64,000 nt of DNA from Bdellovibrionota bacterium (GTDB lineage Bacteria > Bdellovibrionota_C > UBA2361 > OMII01): positions 1 to 64,000 of the forward strand of contig JBIJBE010000012.1 of NCBI GenBank assembly GCA_044345405.1, given 5' to 3'. The notes beneath the pieces are model-generated. The model was not told the DNA's origin. It did not search any database and was given only the letters and a program-made list of their open reading frames with translations. A program made the position numbers and the translations under genes. Within the stretch, counting starts at the first letter, position 1; each line of letters begins with the position of its first letter. This document shows, piece by piece, positions 48,913 to 58,459 of this stretch.

Positions 48913-50448
48913 TTAGCCTTTCCCTCCCGGACGAACAGGCGGGCCAAATGTTATCTCCTTCGGGGATTCACCGAGGTGAATCCCATCCGCCTTGAGCTGC
49001 TCGTCGAAGTTACTTGTCCAGGAATCCACTCGCCACACCGGACGTTGTCCCTGCTTGATCAGCGTGAACATCGGACGCACCTGGATCTGCCCCTCAACGA
49101 AATGGCCAACCTCGATTACCTCGGCGATGCGAGGCTTACCGGTCGACTTCTCACGAATGAGCCACACGATGGAGTCGACCGCGAGCGCAATCTGTTGTCG
49201 GATGATGTCGATGGCGACTGATTTTTGAGCGCGGCCTAGCAAACTCTCCAGGCGGACGAGGGTCTCCCGCGCGTTTCGGGCGTGGATCGTCGACATTCCA
49301 ACATGCCCCGTTTGCGCGCTCTCAAGAAACGCCTCCGCCGAGAAGGGAGTTCTCATCTCACCAAGGATTACTCGGGTTGGGGTCATTCGAAGGGTTGTCT
49401 TGATGTGCTCCTGAAGTGTCACCTCTCCCATCCCTTCGGCGTTGGCCGCTCGAGAAACGAGCGATCGGAAAAACGGATGCGCGAAATTCAACTCAGGGGT
49501 ATCCTCGACCGCCACGATAGACTCATCGGGTCCAAATTGAGTCGCCAAACATTTGATCAGCGTCGTTTTACCTGTTCCGGTCTCGCCGGCGACCATCATG
49601 GTTGCCAACCCGCTTCGGATCAGGCACGCGAGGTAGTTTACGATCAGCGGAGGCGCTACTTGATAAGTAACGATGTTCTCAAGGGCGACCTCTGACATTC
49701 GAGGAACTCGGATACACAAAAGAGGGCCGCGCTGTCCGCACACGCTCTCATGAACGGCGCATAGTCGAGTTCCGTTCGGAAAAGATCCGTCCACGGTGTG
49801 CTGCGCCGTCGTTAAAGATTTCCCGAGGCGAAGGAGGAGTCGATCCAGGAACGTCACATACGCTTGGTGATTCGGCCAACTCAGTCCGGTCAGCTCACTA
49901 ACCTTTCCTCGTTGGAGAACAACGGACTTGTAGTCATAGACGTGAATGTCGGTTACCTCTTTGTTGTCAACGAGAGGTTGAAGAACGCCCCATCCTACGA
50001 GGTCTTTTTGGAGTGAGAGAATGATGTTCGCGCGTTCGATATCATCGAGGGTCTCTCCTCGTTTTTTCAGAACCTTGTCCACAGCGCCGGCGATAACCTT
50101 CTCGGTCATCGCTGGATTGTTCATCTGTTGTTGAAGGGAGAGATCGCTTCCCAGTTCTCGGCGAACTTCACGCATGACGATCGAAGCTGTCTGGGATAGC
50201 TCGGCACTTCGCGCGATGGGCGGTTTAGCGGCGGGGCGAATTTTTTCAGGCGCTGGTTGAATTACCTCAGCGCTGTTTTTTTGAACCGCGGGAAGCGAAC
50301 CAGGATTCGCCGGTGGGTTCGCGGGCGCTTTGCCCGGAGCTACGGCGGGGGCAGGCGTTGACTTGAGTGGTGCTATTCGAGTTTGCGTGCCTCGCGCGGA
50401 GAAGATCCCGAGCAAGTCTTCCTTACCGTCTTTGTCCGAACCAGCCAT
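48913..50448 (-). CDS. cpaF: Tad pilus assembly ATPase CpaF/TadA with Pro-rich N-terminal extension
   Basis: GWGVLQPL..VTDI, GETGTGKTT, VEDTPEL, LRMTPTRVILGEMR, TGH..STIHA. Confidence 0.93.
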   Translation of the reverse strand: MAGSDKDGKEDLLGIFSARGTQTRIAPLKSTPAPAVAPGKAPANPPANPGSLPAVQKNSAEVIQPAPEKIRPAAKPPIARSAELSQTASIVMREVRRELGSDLSLQQQMNNPAMTEKVIAGAVDKVLKKRGETLDDIERANIILSLQKDLVGWGVLQPLVDNKEVTDIHVYDYKSVVLQRGKVSELTGLSWPNHQAYVTFLDRLLLRLGKSLTTAQHTVDGSFPNGTRLCAVHESVCGQRGPLLCIRVPRMSEVALENIVTYQVAPPLIVNYLACLIRSGLATMMVAGETGTGKTTLIKCLATQFGPDESIVAVEDTPELNFAHPFFRSLVSRAANAEGMGEVTLQEHIKTTLRMTPTRVILGEMRTPFSAEAFLESAQTGHVGMSTIHARNARETLVRLESLLGRAQKSVAIDIIRQQIALAVDSIVWLIREKSTGKPRIAEVIEVGHFVEGQIQVRPMFTLIKQGQRPVWRVDSWTSNFDEQLKADGIHLGESPKEITFGPPVRPGGKG

Positions 50449-50741
50449 AGTAGATCCCTCGCAGTAGAAACAGCTATCCCACTCACCTCATCGGCGTATT
50501 CTTGAGCAGGGATTAGAAAAACCCGCCAAAAAACAGAAACAGAACAGTGATTTATCAAACAACATTCCTCAGCAAGGGCTCGGCTGACGGTATCGGAGCG
50601 ATTGTGGATGATGCGCGCCCGATCAGAGGGGGAACCGGGGAATGGCTGACAAGAAGGCTTTATCTCAGAACTGAGCCCCTAAGCCCGTTCGTGCACACAG
50701 AGGTACCAGGATAGGAGTTTCTACTACGAACTATGGCGAGG

Positions 50742-51638
50742 TTATCGCTGGGGCTTGTTTGAGCCCACGGAGTCCTCAGGCACAAGCTTACCACCTATAA
50801 TGAGGTAGTTACGCCCCCCGAAGGTGATTCGCCCCTCCCTTGGGGGCCCCGAGACGGCTTGGGGTGTCGCCAAACCAAACACAGCGTCGAGGGTCACTGT
50901 CTGACTATCAGCAGACTCAACGGTGTCCTCGTCTCCACGCAGGGCGAGACTCATGACACCCGCTGTAGAGGCGAGCTGTATCTTGGTTGCCTCCTCAACG
51001 GTAACCATGATGGTGATAGTTGTCGATCCCGCGCCTTTGACTGCCCGCGTACCACCGACCTTACCGGTCGAGAGAACCTTCGCATTCTGAGCGAGAAGCG
51101 TTATGACCGGCTTGTTAGATATTTGCGAAGCCAACATAACGTCCACCTTAGCCCCAGCTCGAACCCATCCCTCGACATTCGACACGTCATCAACGGAGAC
51201 CGATACGGCTCTGAAACCCTCGGGGATATTAGCTTGTATCTCATTCACCGGAGCTTTCGTGGTGATGTATTCGGCAAGAAGTGGCTGACCAGCCGCGATA
51301 AACGAGGCCGCGTACGCTCCCCGAAGCTTCTCAAAACTCGTAACGACCGACGCGCCACCACTAATAACAGGCCGAGTCTCCTTCTTGAATCGAGAGGGAT
51401 CCAGCGGCGTACCAGGCTCGATCTTTTCGGTAGCCACGAGACAATCGACCAATTCGACCACGGGCGCGGGCAAAGGTGTTGGGGTTGGAGGGGCAACAGG
51501 CGCCTGTTCGACCGACATAGATTGAACGACGAAAATAGCGCCTACGATCACAAGCAACGATGCGCCCAAAAGAGCCACACGCAGCGGCTCGTTTCCCTTT
51601 TTCCGACTAAAACCGCCTGCGGGTTTGACTGGAGGCAT
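50742..51638 (-). CDS. cpaB: Flp pilus assembly protein CpaB/RcpC
   Basis: N-terminal TM, SAF-like region, IPEGFRAVSV, GWVRAGAKVDV, LALRG. Confidence 0.9.
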   Translation of the reverse strand: MPPVKPAGGFSRKKGNEPLRVALLGASLLVIVGAIFVVQSMSVEQAPVAPPTPTPLPAPVVELVDCLVATEKIEPGTPLDPSRFKKETRPVISGGASVVTSFEKLRGAYAASFIAAGQPLLAEYITTKAPVNEIQANIPEGFRAVSVSVDDVSNVEGWVRAGAKVDVMLASQISNKPVITLLAQNAKVLSTGKVGGTRAVKGAGSTTITIMVTVEEATKIQLASTAGVMSLALRGDEDTVESADSQTVTLDAVFGLATPQAVSGPPREGRITFGGRNYLIIGGKLVPEDSVGSNKPQR

Positions 51639-51771
51639 CTAGTTCTCTCTGGGGTCTTGTGCTTGTTGACCAAGCGAAGGAATCAATCGCGAAAAACTGG
51701 TAGTGGCAATGCCGACCTGAACAGGTTAGCTCCCGGTACCAGACTCAAAAAACCGCGGATAACCCCGAATA

Positions 51772-51812
51772 AAAAATGCTGACGGCACTCTCGTTGTACT
51801 CGAGTGCCGTCA
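51772..51812 (-). terminator. Hairpin/terminator after flp
   Basis: TGACGGCACTC...GAGTGCCGTCA stem next to an A6 run. Confidence 0.65.
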
Positions 51813-51836
51813 TGCTGAAACCAAAGACAGGTTCAG

Positions 51837-52028
51837 TTATCCGGTGATCTGATTGCTCAAGGCGCTGAATTGCTGGCTAATTGTATTTCCGAGGCTTCGG
51901 ATAGCTACGATAGCGATGATTGCGATGAGCGCCACAAGCAGCGCGTACTCAACCAACGAAGCTCCCTTCTCAGCCTTCTTCACGCTCTTTGCCTGCTCTA
52001 CCTTAACTATTTCCATCTTTATCTCCAT
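51837..52028 (-). CDS. flp: Flp (type IVb/c) pilin
   Basis: KG/ASLVEYALLVALIAI prepilin cleavage site and EY Flp motif. Confidence 0.95.
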   Translation of the reverse strand: MEIKMEIVKVEQAKSVKKAEKGASLVEYALLVALIAIIAIVAIRSLGNTISQQFSALSNQITG

Positions 52029-52132
52029 AAACAAAACGTAGCTCAGTTGGGCAAGTGGGGCCTGCGCACGAAGCTGTAGACATCTATGCTAAACACGAAG
52101 GGAAAATCGAGCAAGCGGTTTTTTGTAGGGGC

Positions 52133-53401
52133 TTAACCTACGGTACCATCTCGCTTTCGCGAGAAGATACGCTGGAACCACCTTGGGGCCCCTGCCTCCC
52201 CCGAGACGTCAGCCTCGGGAGCCACCTCTCCCGCTTCAATCTCTCCCAAGAGACCTAATTCCTTAGCCGCCACTTCGAAGGTTTGCCGAATCGCCTTTCC
52301 ACCCATACTATAGAGCGTTTTACCACTACCTGGCCAAAGGGTTCCCTTGGTATCCCTCGGCAAGGGAGCCATTCGCCACGGTCGATCGCCCAATCTATGC
52401 GCCGGCTCAAGCTCGGCAGCAATCTGCTCAACGCTTGAGATCGCCCCCGCCGTGGGATTAACGAGGAAGCAAATCCGCTCAGGACTGCCCACGACCGATT
52501 TAACGAAGGAGAGAAAGAGGTCAACGGCGGTAACGCCCAGAACGGAGTCATCGATCACCACCAGAACGATATCGGCGTTCCGTATCAACGCTCCGGTCGC
52601 CGGCCCTAATCTACCGGCCGTATCGATGATGACAACATCGTTATCAGCCCTTGCAACTTCAGCTATTCGCTGGGCTATGGCCATACTCTCCGTGTGACAC
52701 ACGAGGTCCATGGACTCCGCTAAACGATCGGGGGTCGTAAGAACCGCCACATCGTTACTAATTGGAATCACGGCTGTCCTCAGGGTGTCTCGATTTATCT
52801 CCTGCTCTCCGCTCACCCACCCGCTCACGACCCGCGCCTCGTCGCCGCTCACCTTGAGCGCCCGACTGAGGTCTCGAGTCTCTACGTCGAGATCCCATAT
52901 TAATGTGCGTCGCCCGAACTGACCACAAACGTCGGCAAGGGCGGCCGCTACCGAAGTCGCGCCGACGCCACCTTTCGCGTGAGCGACAACAACAACTTTA
53001 CCCTCATGAGTTCGCCCTTCGCGGCGAAACTCTGTATTGATCGCGACAAGCTCTTGTAGAAAATCAAGTGGACTTCCACCTTCAGGGAAGACCTTGCGAA
53101 CCCCTGCCGAGTGGGCGAGTCGAAACGCGCCACCACCGTAGGCGTCATCAGTGACAAACATGATCAATTGGGGGCGAGGTGAGAGTGCGTTAGCTTGATG
53201 AGCGAGCGCCAAACCCGCTTCGCCCATACCCGAACCTATCACCACCACATCAGCGTCAGCGGCACGGTCAGCGAAATCCTTGTCGCTAACGAGCTTAACC
53301 TTCAGATCAAGCATTTCCAAGTCGCCCCGACTGAAGGACTCGATGCGCTTCGCGCATCGCGCTTGAGCCTCTGTTGTCTTATCAACGATGAGCAGTTTCA
53401 T
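52133..53401 (-). CDS. cpaE: CpaE/TadZ-like receiver plus MinD/ParA-type ATPase
   Basis: Receiver-like MKLLIVD N-terminus; AKGGVGATS deviant Walker A; DLD; VIIDT. Confidence 0.85.
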   Translation of the reverse strand: MKLLIVDKTTEAQARCAKRIESFSRGDLEMLDLKVKLVSDKDFADRAADADVVVIGSGMGEAGLALAHQANALSPRPQLIMFVTDDAYGGGAFRLAHSAGVRKVFPEGGSPLDFLQELVAINTEFRREGRTHEGKVVVVAHAKGGVGATSVAAALADVCGQFGRRTLIWDLDVETRDLSRALKVSGDEARVVSGWVSGEQEINRDTLRTAVIPISNDVAVLTTPDRLAESMDLVCHTESMAIAQRIAEVARADNDVVIIDTAGRLGPATGALIRNADIVLVVIDDSVLGVTAVDLFLSFVKSVVGSPERICFLVNPTAGAISSVEQIAAELEPAHRLGDRPWRMAPLPRDTKGTLWPGSGKTLYSMGGKAIRQTFEVAAKELGLLGEIEAGEVAPEADVSGEAGAPRWFQRIFSRKRDGTVG

Positions 53402-53413
53402 CTTTTGACTCTC

Positions 53414-54805
53414 TTAAAAATGCCATTTAGCTAACAACGACGGAGCAAACAACTTGAGAAACATAAAGCCACACCCGATACCTACTGCTGCCGCGAAGAT
53501 AAGCACAAGGATTTCACCCCAGTGAGAATCCTTTTCACTGTTTCGGCGCGGCCCGCTTCTCGAGCGCGCAGGGCGGAACTCCGCGGACCTCTCCTTTACG
53601 TTAGCCTCTTGGAAATTAGACACAAGAGGCTCTGACGCGGAATAGGGAACATCTGTTTCAACAGGGGCGTTACTGAGTGGCTCCTCGAGCCCACGACCCT
53701 CACTTACGCGAGACCGCCCCGCCACCTGATGGGAGTGGTTGGCATACCCCTCTGGCTCAACGCTCCGCATACCAACGTTTGAGACGCCAGCCTCTTCAAA
53801 GCCTCCCCGAGAATCCTCTCCCTCTCCGTGAGAGCTCCGCATCATTCCCGCTCGCTCTCCATCACTGACCGCCTCTGAGGGAGTAGCGCGTCGTTGAGAA
53901 ACCGAGGATGAGTGTCCGGCGTTTCCTGGGGAAACCACAACCCCGCCATCGAGATCCATCTCTACCGCCAGACTCTGCAAATCGCGAAACATGTCGATTG
54001 ACGCTTGGTATCGCTTCTCTGGTTCTCGCTGCATCGCCTTCAGGATGATTCGATCGAGCTCTGGTGGGCATTCCTCGCGCAAAGAGCTAGGCGGAGCTGG
54101 ATCTGTCTTAAGACGCTTCGTCATGGTCGCGTAGACGCTCTCGCCCTTGAATGGAGAATCTCCGGTTACCATCTCATACGCCAAGATTCCAAGCGCGTAG
54201 ATGTCGGACCTCCAGTCGACCTGAGATTTTAACATATACTCGGGCGCCACATAGTCTATGGTCCCGACCACGCCTCCGTGCTCGGTCAACTTAGGTCCGT
54301 GGCGATTACGAGCTATGCCGAAATCCGCGATCTTTACGTTCCCCTCAGCTGTAAGAAGAATATTTTCCGGTTTTAAATCACGGTGCACTATCCCCGCGTC
54401 GTGAATCGCCTGACACCCGGCGGACATCTGGCTCAGGATCCGCATTATCTCTGGGATCGGAATCCGCTCATCCGAACCGAGCTTCGACGCGAGATCTCCA
54501 CCACCAACGAATTCCATCGTATATGCGACAAAGTCTCGATCCGTAAGGTACTCGTAGGCTCTCACAACATTGGGATGCGATACCTCATACGCGGCAAGGA
54601 TCTCATTCTTGAATCGCGCCGCCGCGACCTTATCCGTGGCGACCTCCGGGAACAACACCTTCATCGCGACGATCTGGCCTTGCAGCACCTGATTCTTACA
54701 CGCGTACACCGATCCCATACTGCCGGAGCCGAGGCACTTCACGACCTCGTACTTCCCGCCAATGACGGCACCCGGTTGTAGGTTTATGGTGTGCTCTTCA
54801 CTCAT
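53414..54805 (-). CDS. Hanks-type Ser/Thr protein kinase with C-terminal membrane anchor
   Basis: LGSGSMGSVY, VAMK, HRDLKPEN, DFG, APE, SDIYALG all intact. Confidence 0.95.
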   Translation of the reverse strand: MSEEHTINLQPGAVIGGKYEVVKCLGSGSMGSVYACKNQVLQGQIVAMKVLFPEVATDKVAAARFKNEILAAYEVSHPNVVRAYEYLTDRDFVAYTMEFVGGGDLASKLGSDERIPIPEIMRILSQMSAGCQAIHDAGIVHRDLKPENILLTAEGNVKIADFGIARNRHGPKLTEHGGVVGTIDYVAPEYMLKSQVDWRSDIYALGILAYEMVTGDSPFKGESVYATMTKRLKTDPAPPSSLREECPPELDRIILKAMQREPEKRYQASIDMFRDLQSLAVEMDLDGGVVVSPGNAGHSSSVSQRRATPSEAVSDGERAGMMRSSHGEGEDSRGGFEEAGVSNVGMRSVEPEGYANHSHQVAGRSRVSEGRGLEEPLSNAPVETDVPYSASEPLVSNFQEANVKERSAEFRPARSRSGPRRNSEKDSHWGEILVLIFAAAVGIGCGFMFLKLFAPSLLAKWHF

Positions 54806-54817
54806 ACAAGCGGACGA

Positions 54818-56050
54818 CTATCCCTCCTCCACCTCGCCAACGACGAGGAGGACATGAAACTTTCGATCTCCAAAGAACAGTACGTCCCCATGAGACAAGG
54901 AGCTCTTCTCGCCTGAGAGGAACTCCTCTTCCCTTTGACCGACACGTTTGACACGAGTGCCGGACTCAGAGAGTTGATCCAAAACCTGCAGACTACCGCC
55001 CGCGGCTACTCGCATGATGGCGTGCATTGGAGAAACGGAATCTCCGACAACAACGAGACAATTTCCCGAATCCTCGCGTTGATTCGAGACCATGAGGCGC
55101 CCCTGGCGAAGCTCCACATACGTTCCGTTCGAATCATGGTCATAGGTCACTAGAAATCCAACGAGCGGTGACTCGCTCTTCCAGTAAATCTGATCTCGTG
55201 GTTCGCTCATAAGCTCAGCGTCCGGCGCCTCTTGATAGGTACTCGTTTTCAGTTCAGATGGAAAAACCTGCCCCTCTCTAGATTGGACCGCCGGCGCCGC
55301 CGTTTGATGGAGCGAAGGTGGAATTATGAGGCGCTCGTTCGGCACGGCCCTCTCATCCTCTCGCACGGCCGTTGGCGTCGGTGGGGACTCCTCGACGACG
55401 GGATCGAGATTCGGCACATCCTCAAAGGTGTCCTCAAGGTCACTATCACTGAGAACCGGGGACGCCTCCGCCGACATTTGCGGATCTCGCGGCTCCTCTT
55501 CATGCTCCATGGCGGCGAATGGATCAAAGAGGTCGGTCGCGACAACCTGGACGGGCGGATTGAGGATCCCAGAGGGAGAGCGTACGATCTTCGGGGCCGC
55601 AACCTGAGCTGACGCGGCAGGAGGCGGCTCAAAAACATCAAGCACTGATTGGAAATCATCATCAAGCCCCAGATCCCTCATGAGGGTCGATGAAGCGTCT
55701 TTCGAGCCGGATTCCCCCGCGGTGACCCGCTCGACGGTCTCCTGGGCTTCGGTAGCTCTGGTATCCTCATGCATAGTCCCAAAGATCTCATCAAGGCTCT
55801 GGAAATCATCATGGTGAGAGACTGGCGTGACAAACTCGTCCTGCTCAAGAGTATCAAGTCCGAGCGGATCGAGATCTCGCGCGTGAGGTTCTCCGCGAGA
55901 ACCAAGCGGCTCGATAGGAGTAGCCCGCTCAACAGTCGCGCCGAGCGTGGAAACCCGTTCAGCTCCGATAATCATAGTGCGATTGCGAGCCCGCGTTCCC
56001 GCTGGAAGGCCCTTATCTCCGCTCCCTGGTCGCCCTGTGTCATCTTTCAT
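54818..56050 (-). CDS. Acidic disordered protein with C-terminal FHA-like domain
   Basis: DSVSPMHAIM..LDQLSESGTRV..LSHGDVLFFG; lies between the phosphatase and the kinase. Confidence 0.75.
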   Translation of the reverse strand: MKDDTGRPGSGDKGLPAGTRARNRTMIIGAERVSTLGATVERATPIEPLGSRGEPHARDLDPLGLDTLEQDEFVTPVSHHDDFQSLDEIFGTMHEDTRATEAQETVERVTAGESGSKDASSTLMRDLGLDDDFQSVLDVFEPPPAASAQVAAPKIVRSPSGILNPPVQVVATDLFDPFAAMEHEEEPRDPQMSAEASPVLSDSDLEDTFEDVPNLDPVVEESPPTPTAVREDERAVPNERLIIPPSLHQTAAPAVQSREGQVFPSELKTSTYQEAPDAELMSEPRDQIYWKSESPLVGFLVTYDHDSNGTYVELRQGRLMVSNQREDSGNCLVVVGDSVSPMHAIMRVAAGGSLQVLDQLSESGTRVKRVGQREEEFLSGEKSSLSHGDVLFFGDRKFHVLLVVGEVEEG

Positions 56051-56062
56051 AAGCAGCTCCCT

Positions 56063-57061
56063 CTACAAATTCCTTAAAACCCTGAGATAGAAAAATAGTG
56101 CCACCGCCCCCAAAGACGCCCCCACGGCGACGATGCTCGCGGTCACCATGTGGTAAATGAGGGAACGCCGCCACCAATCCCCGATTCGGCGGCTTCGCTC
56201 CCGACTCGCGATCTCTCGTCCCCAGGTGGGGGATTCCTCAGTTCGCAGATGCCCGTGAAGGGGAATTATTGAGATCGTTATGTTGTCGAACCCTCCCCTA
56301 GTATTCGCGAGCTGAATTAACTCGGCGCACGCTTTGCGAGGAGCCAGCACAGTGACGATTCGACGAATCTCCTCCTCACTGACCAAGCTGTAGAGACCAT
56401 CGGAGCACAGAACCAAGAGGTCAGACGCGCCTCCCCGCTCCAACGGCCAGATCCAATATCGATTCACATCGACCGTCACATCAGGAGAGGAACCAAGACA
56501 TTGCGTGAGCACATGGGACCGTGGATGCGTCAACGCCTCTTCTCGGGTTATCTCATTTCGGTCAACGAGTTGCTGCACATACGTATGGTCAACGGTGAGT
56601 TGCTGGATGCCTTCCTCGTGAACAAGGTACGCTCGCGAGTCCCCGACATGCGCGATGGCTACCGCGGAGTCCTCTATCAACGCCCCAACGATGGTGGTCC
56701 CCATCTCCTTGAAACGTTGACTCTGGCGGCGAAGCATGATCGTTCTGTTGGCTTCCTCGCAGGCGTTTCTCAGCGCTTCAACAACGTCCCCGTGATGTTC
56801 GGCCGTTAGAAATCTTCGAACCGCGTCAACACTGATCTGCGCGGCGAACTCTCCACCCTCCGCACCTCCCATTCCATCAAGCACGAGGAAGCACACACCC
56901 CGCTCGGTAGCGATCGTCGCGCACCTATCCTCATTCTCGGAGCGCTCAACTCCGACGTCGCTCATGGCGGCATGAACGAGCGGCTCGTCGATGACGGGGC
57001 TCGCGCGCTTGCGCTTATTTTTGCTCGACTCGCTCTGTGCTTGCATTACGTTGCGGTCCAT
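56063..57061 (-). CDS. PP2C/Stp1-family Ser/Thr phosphatase with C-terminal TM
   Basis: SDVGVERSENED, DGMGG, MGTT, HVGDSRAY, CSDGL, GGFDNIT. Confidence 0.95.
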   Translation of the reverse strand: MDRNVMQAQSESSKNKRKRASPVIDEPLVHAAMSDVGVERSENEDRCATIATERGVCFLVLDGMGGAEGGEFAAQISVDAVRRFLTAEHHGDVVEALRNACEEANRTIMLRRQSQRFKEMGTTIVGALIEDSAVAIAHVGDSRAYLVHEEGIQQLTVDHTYVQQLVDRNEITREEALTHPRSHVLTQCLGSSPDVTVDVNRYWIWPLERGGASDLLVLCSDGLYSLVSEEEIRRIVTVLAPRKACAELIQLANTRGGFDNITISIIPLHGHLRTEESPTWGREIASRERSRRIGDWWRRSLIYHMVTASIVAVGASLGAVALFFYLRVLRNL

Positions 57062-57454
57062 TCAAGTCACGGGACTCATTCATCGATCCAGTCTCAACGA
57101 GTGAGGTGACGGAGCCCACCGGCGCCGTCCGCGCAAACACCCCTGGATCGTTAAAAGTTTCCCTGCGTTGGGGGTCGGCACGAATCAAAAGGGGCTAAAT
57201 AGTTTAAGGCCCTTGAGCTACGGAAAACCTCTAAAAATAACACTGGTTTGAGAAGAGTCGGTTCGCCGTCGCGATATCGATATCGGAACGCATAGGGCTT
57301 CGAACAGAAAACACAAACAATCTTAGGCTATTGTCGCGATACAAGCGGTTCCCCCGCAAGGAGATGAGCCGTTCGCCCTTTGCGCTTCCCAAGCCGAGTG
57401 CCCTATAACCCTCACCAGAACATCGTCTATAAACCAGCTGATTGAACCACTCTC

Positions 57455-57688
57455 GTGAACGCATCCACCCCGCAAAAACTCTCGTTGCTGCTCCTCTGTT
57501 TCGTCGTTATCGCGTTACTTGCTCCCTATGCGGGCTGCAACGGGCTCACCGTTGAATCAGATAGTCCTCCTACCCACTCAACAAGCAAGCAGGAGCGAAT
57601 CGCTCCCTCCCGCACCGCGCGATCTACGGATAAGATTCCAAGAGGGAATCAGCCGCTGGACCAAATCGAGGATATCTTGTCGAACTAA
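57455..57688 (+). CDS. Possible small lipoprotein
   Basis: Hydrophobic stretch ending YAGC; divergent from the PP2C gene. Confidence 0.45.
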   Translation: MNASTPQKLSLLLLCFVVIALLAPYAGCNGLTVESDSPPTHSTSKQERIAPSRTARSTDKIPRGNQPLDQIEDILSN

Positions 57689-57860
57689 CGCCACAACCTC
57701 CCCTAAACCCGAACAAAAACGGCAAATAAGCCCACCGAGTCGAGAGATACTCCGGTCCATGGATGGGAACTTATCGCTGTTTATGTGATAGAATAACTCA
57801 TCGACGCCGCCCATCGGAGCAACGACTACACCGAGGCCCTAGTTTTTCCAGCGAGAAGAG

Positions 57861-58448
57861 ATGGTAACCCTAAATAAGATCTATACGAGGACGGGAGATG
57901 ACGGAACCACAGGTCTCGTCGGTGGAGCTAGAATAAAGAAGAACGCCATCCGCGTATCGGCCTACGGCGATATCGACGAACTCAACAGCCACCTTGGGTT
58001 GTGCGTAACGCTGTGCGTCGAGAGCATCTTTCAACCTCTGCGCGACAAACTCACGATCATTCAAAACGAATTATTCGATATCGGCTCAGAGCTCGCGTCA
58101 CCCGCGGGAACAACGAGTCCCTCAATTCCCACGACGACCCCACCACAGGTAGATCGACTGGAGAGTTGGATAGACGAGCTGAATAACTCCCTCCCTACTC
58201 TGCAATCGTTCGTTTTGCCGGGCGGTACGCTCCTCAACGCGCATCTCCATATCGCGAGAACCGTATGTCGTCGGGGCGAACGAGCGGTATTGGAGCTGCA
58301 CGAGTCGGAGCCCGTCAACGAGCACACACGACACTACCTCAACAGATTAAGCGACCTGCTGTTCGTCATGAGTCGCTCCGCCGCGACCTTAGCTGGAAAT
58401 AAGGAATTCCTGTGGGTGCCCGGCGCGTCAAGGCTCGCAAAGCCTTAG
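57861..58448 (+). CDS. pduO: Cob(I)alamin adenosyltransferase, PduO-type
   Basis: KIYTRTGDDGTT, YGDIDELNS, FVLPGG, RTVCRRGER, YLNRLSDLLF. Confidence 0.95.
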   Translation: MVTLNKIYTRTGDDGTTGLVGGARIKKNAIRVSAYGDIDELNSHLGLCVTLCVESIFQPLRDKLTIIQNELFDIGSELASPAGTTSPSIPTTTPPQVDRLESWIDELNNSLPTLQSFVLPGGTLLNAHLHIARTVCRRGERAVLELHESEPVNEHTRHYLNRLSDLLFVMSRSAATLAGNKEFLWVPGASRLAKP

Positions 58449-58459
58449 TGGAGAAAAAA

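Noticed and set aside
53414-57061. Type VI secretion regulatory module
   Set aside because: No tss/hcp/vgrG genes in the window; the triad is coupled to cpaE instead.
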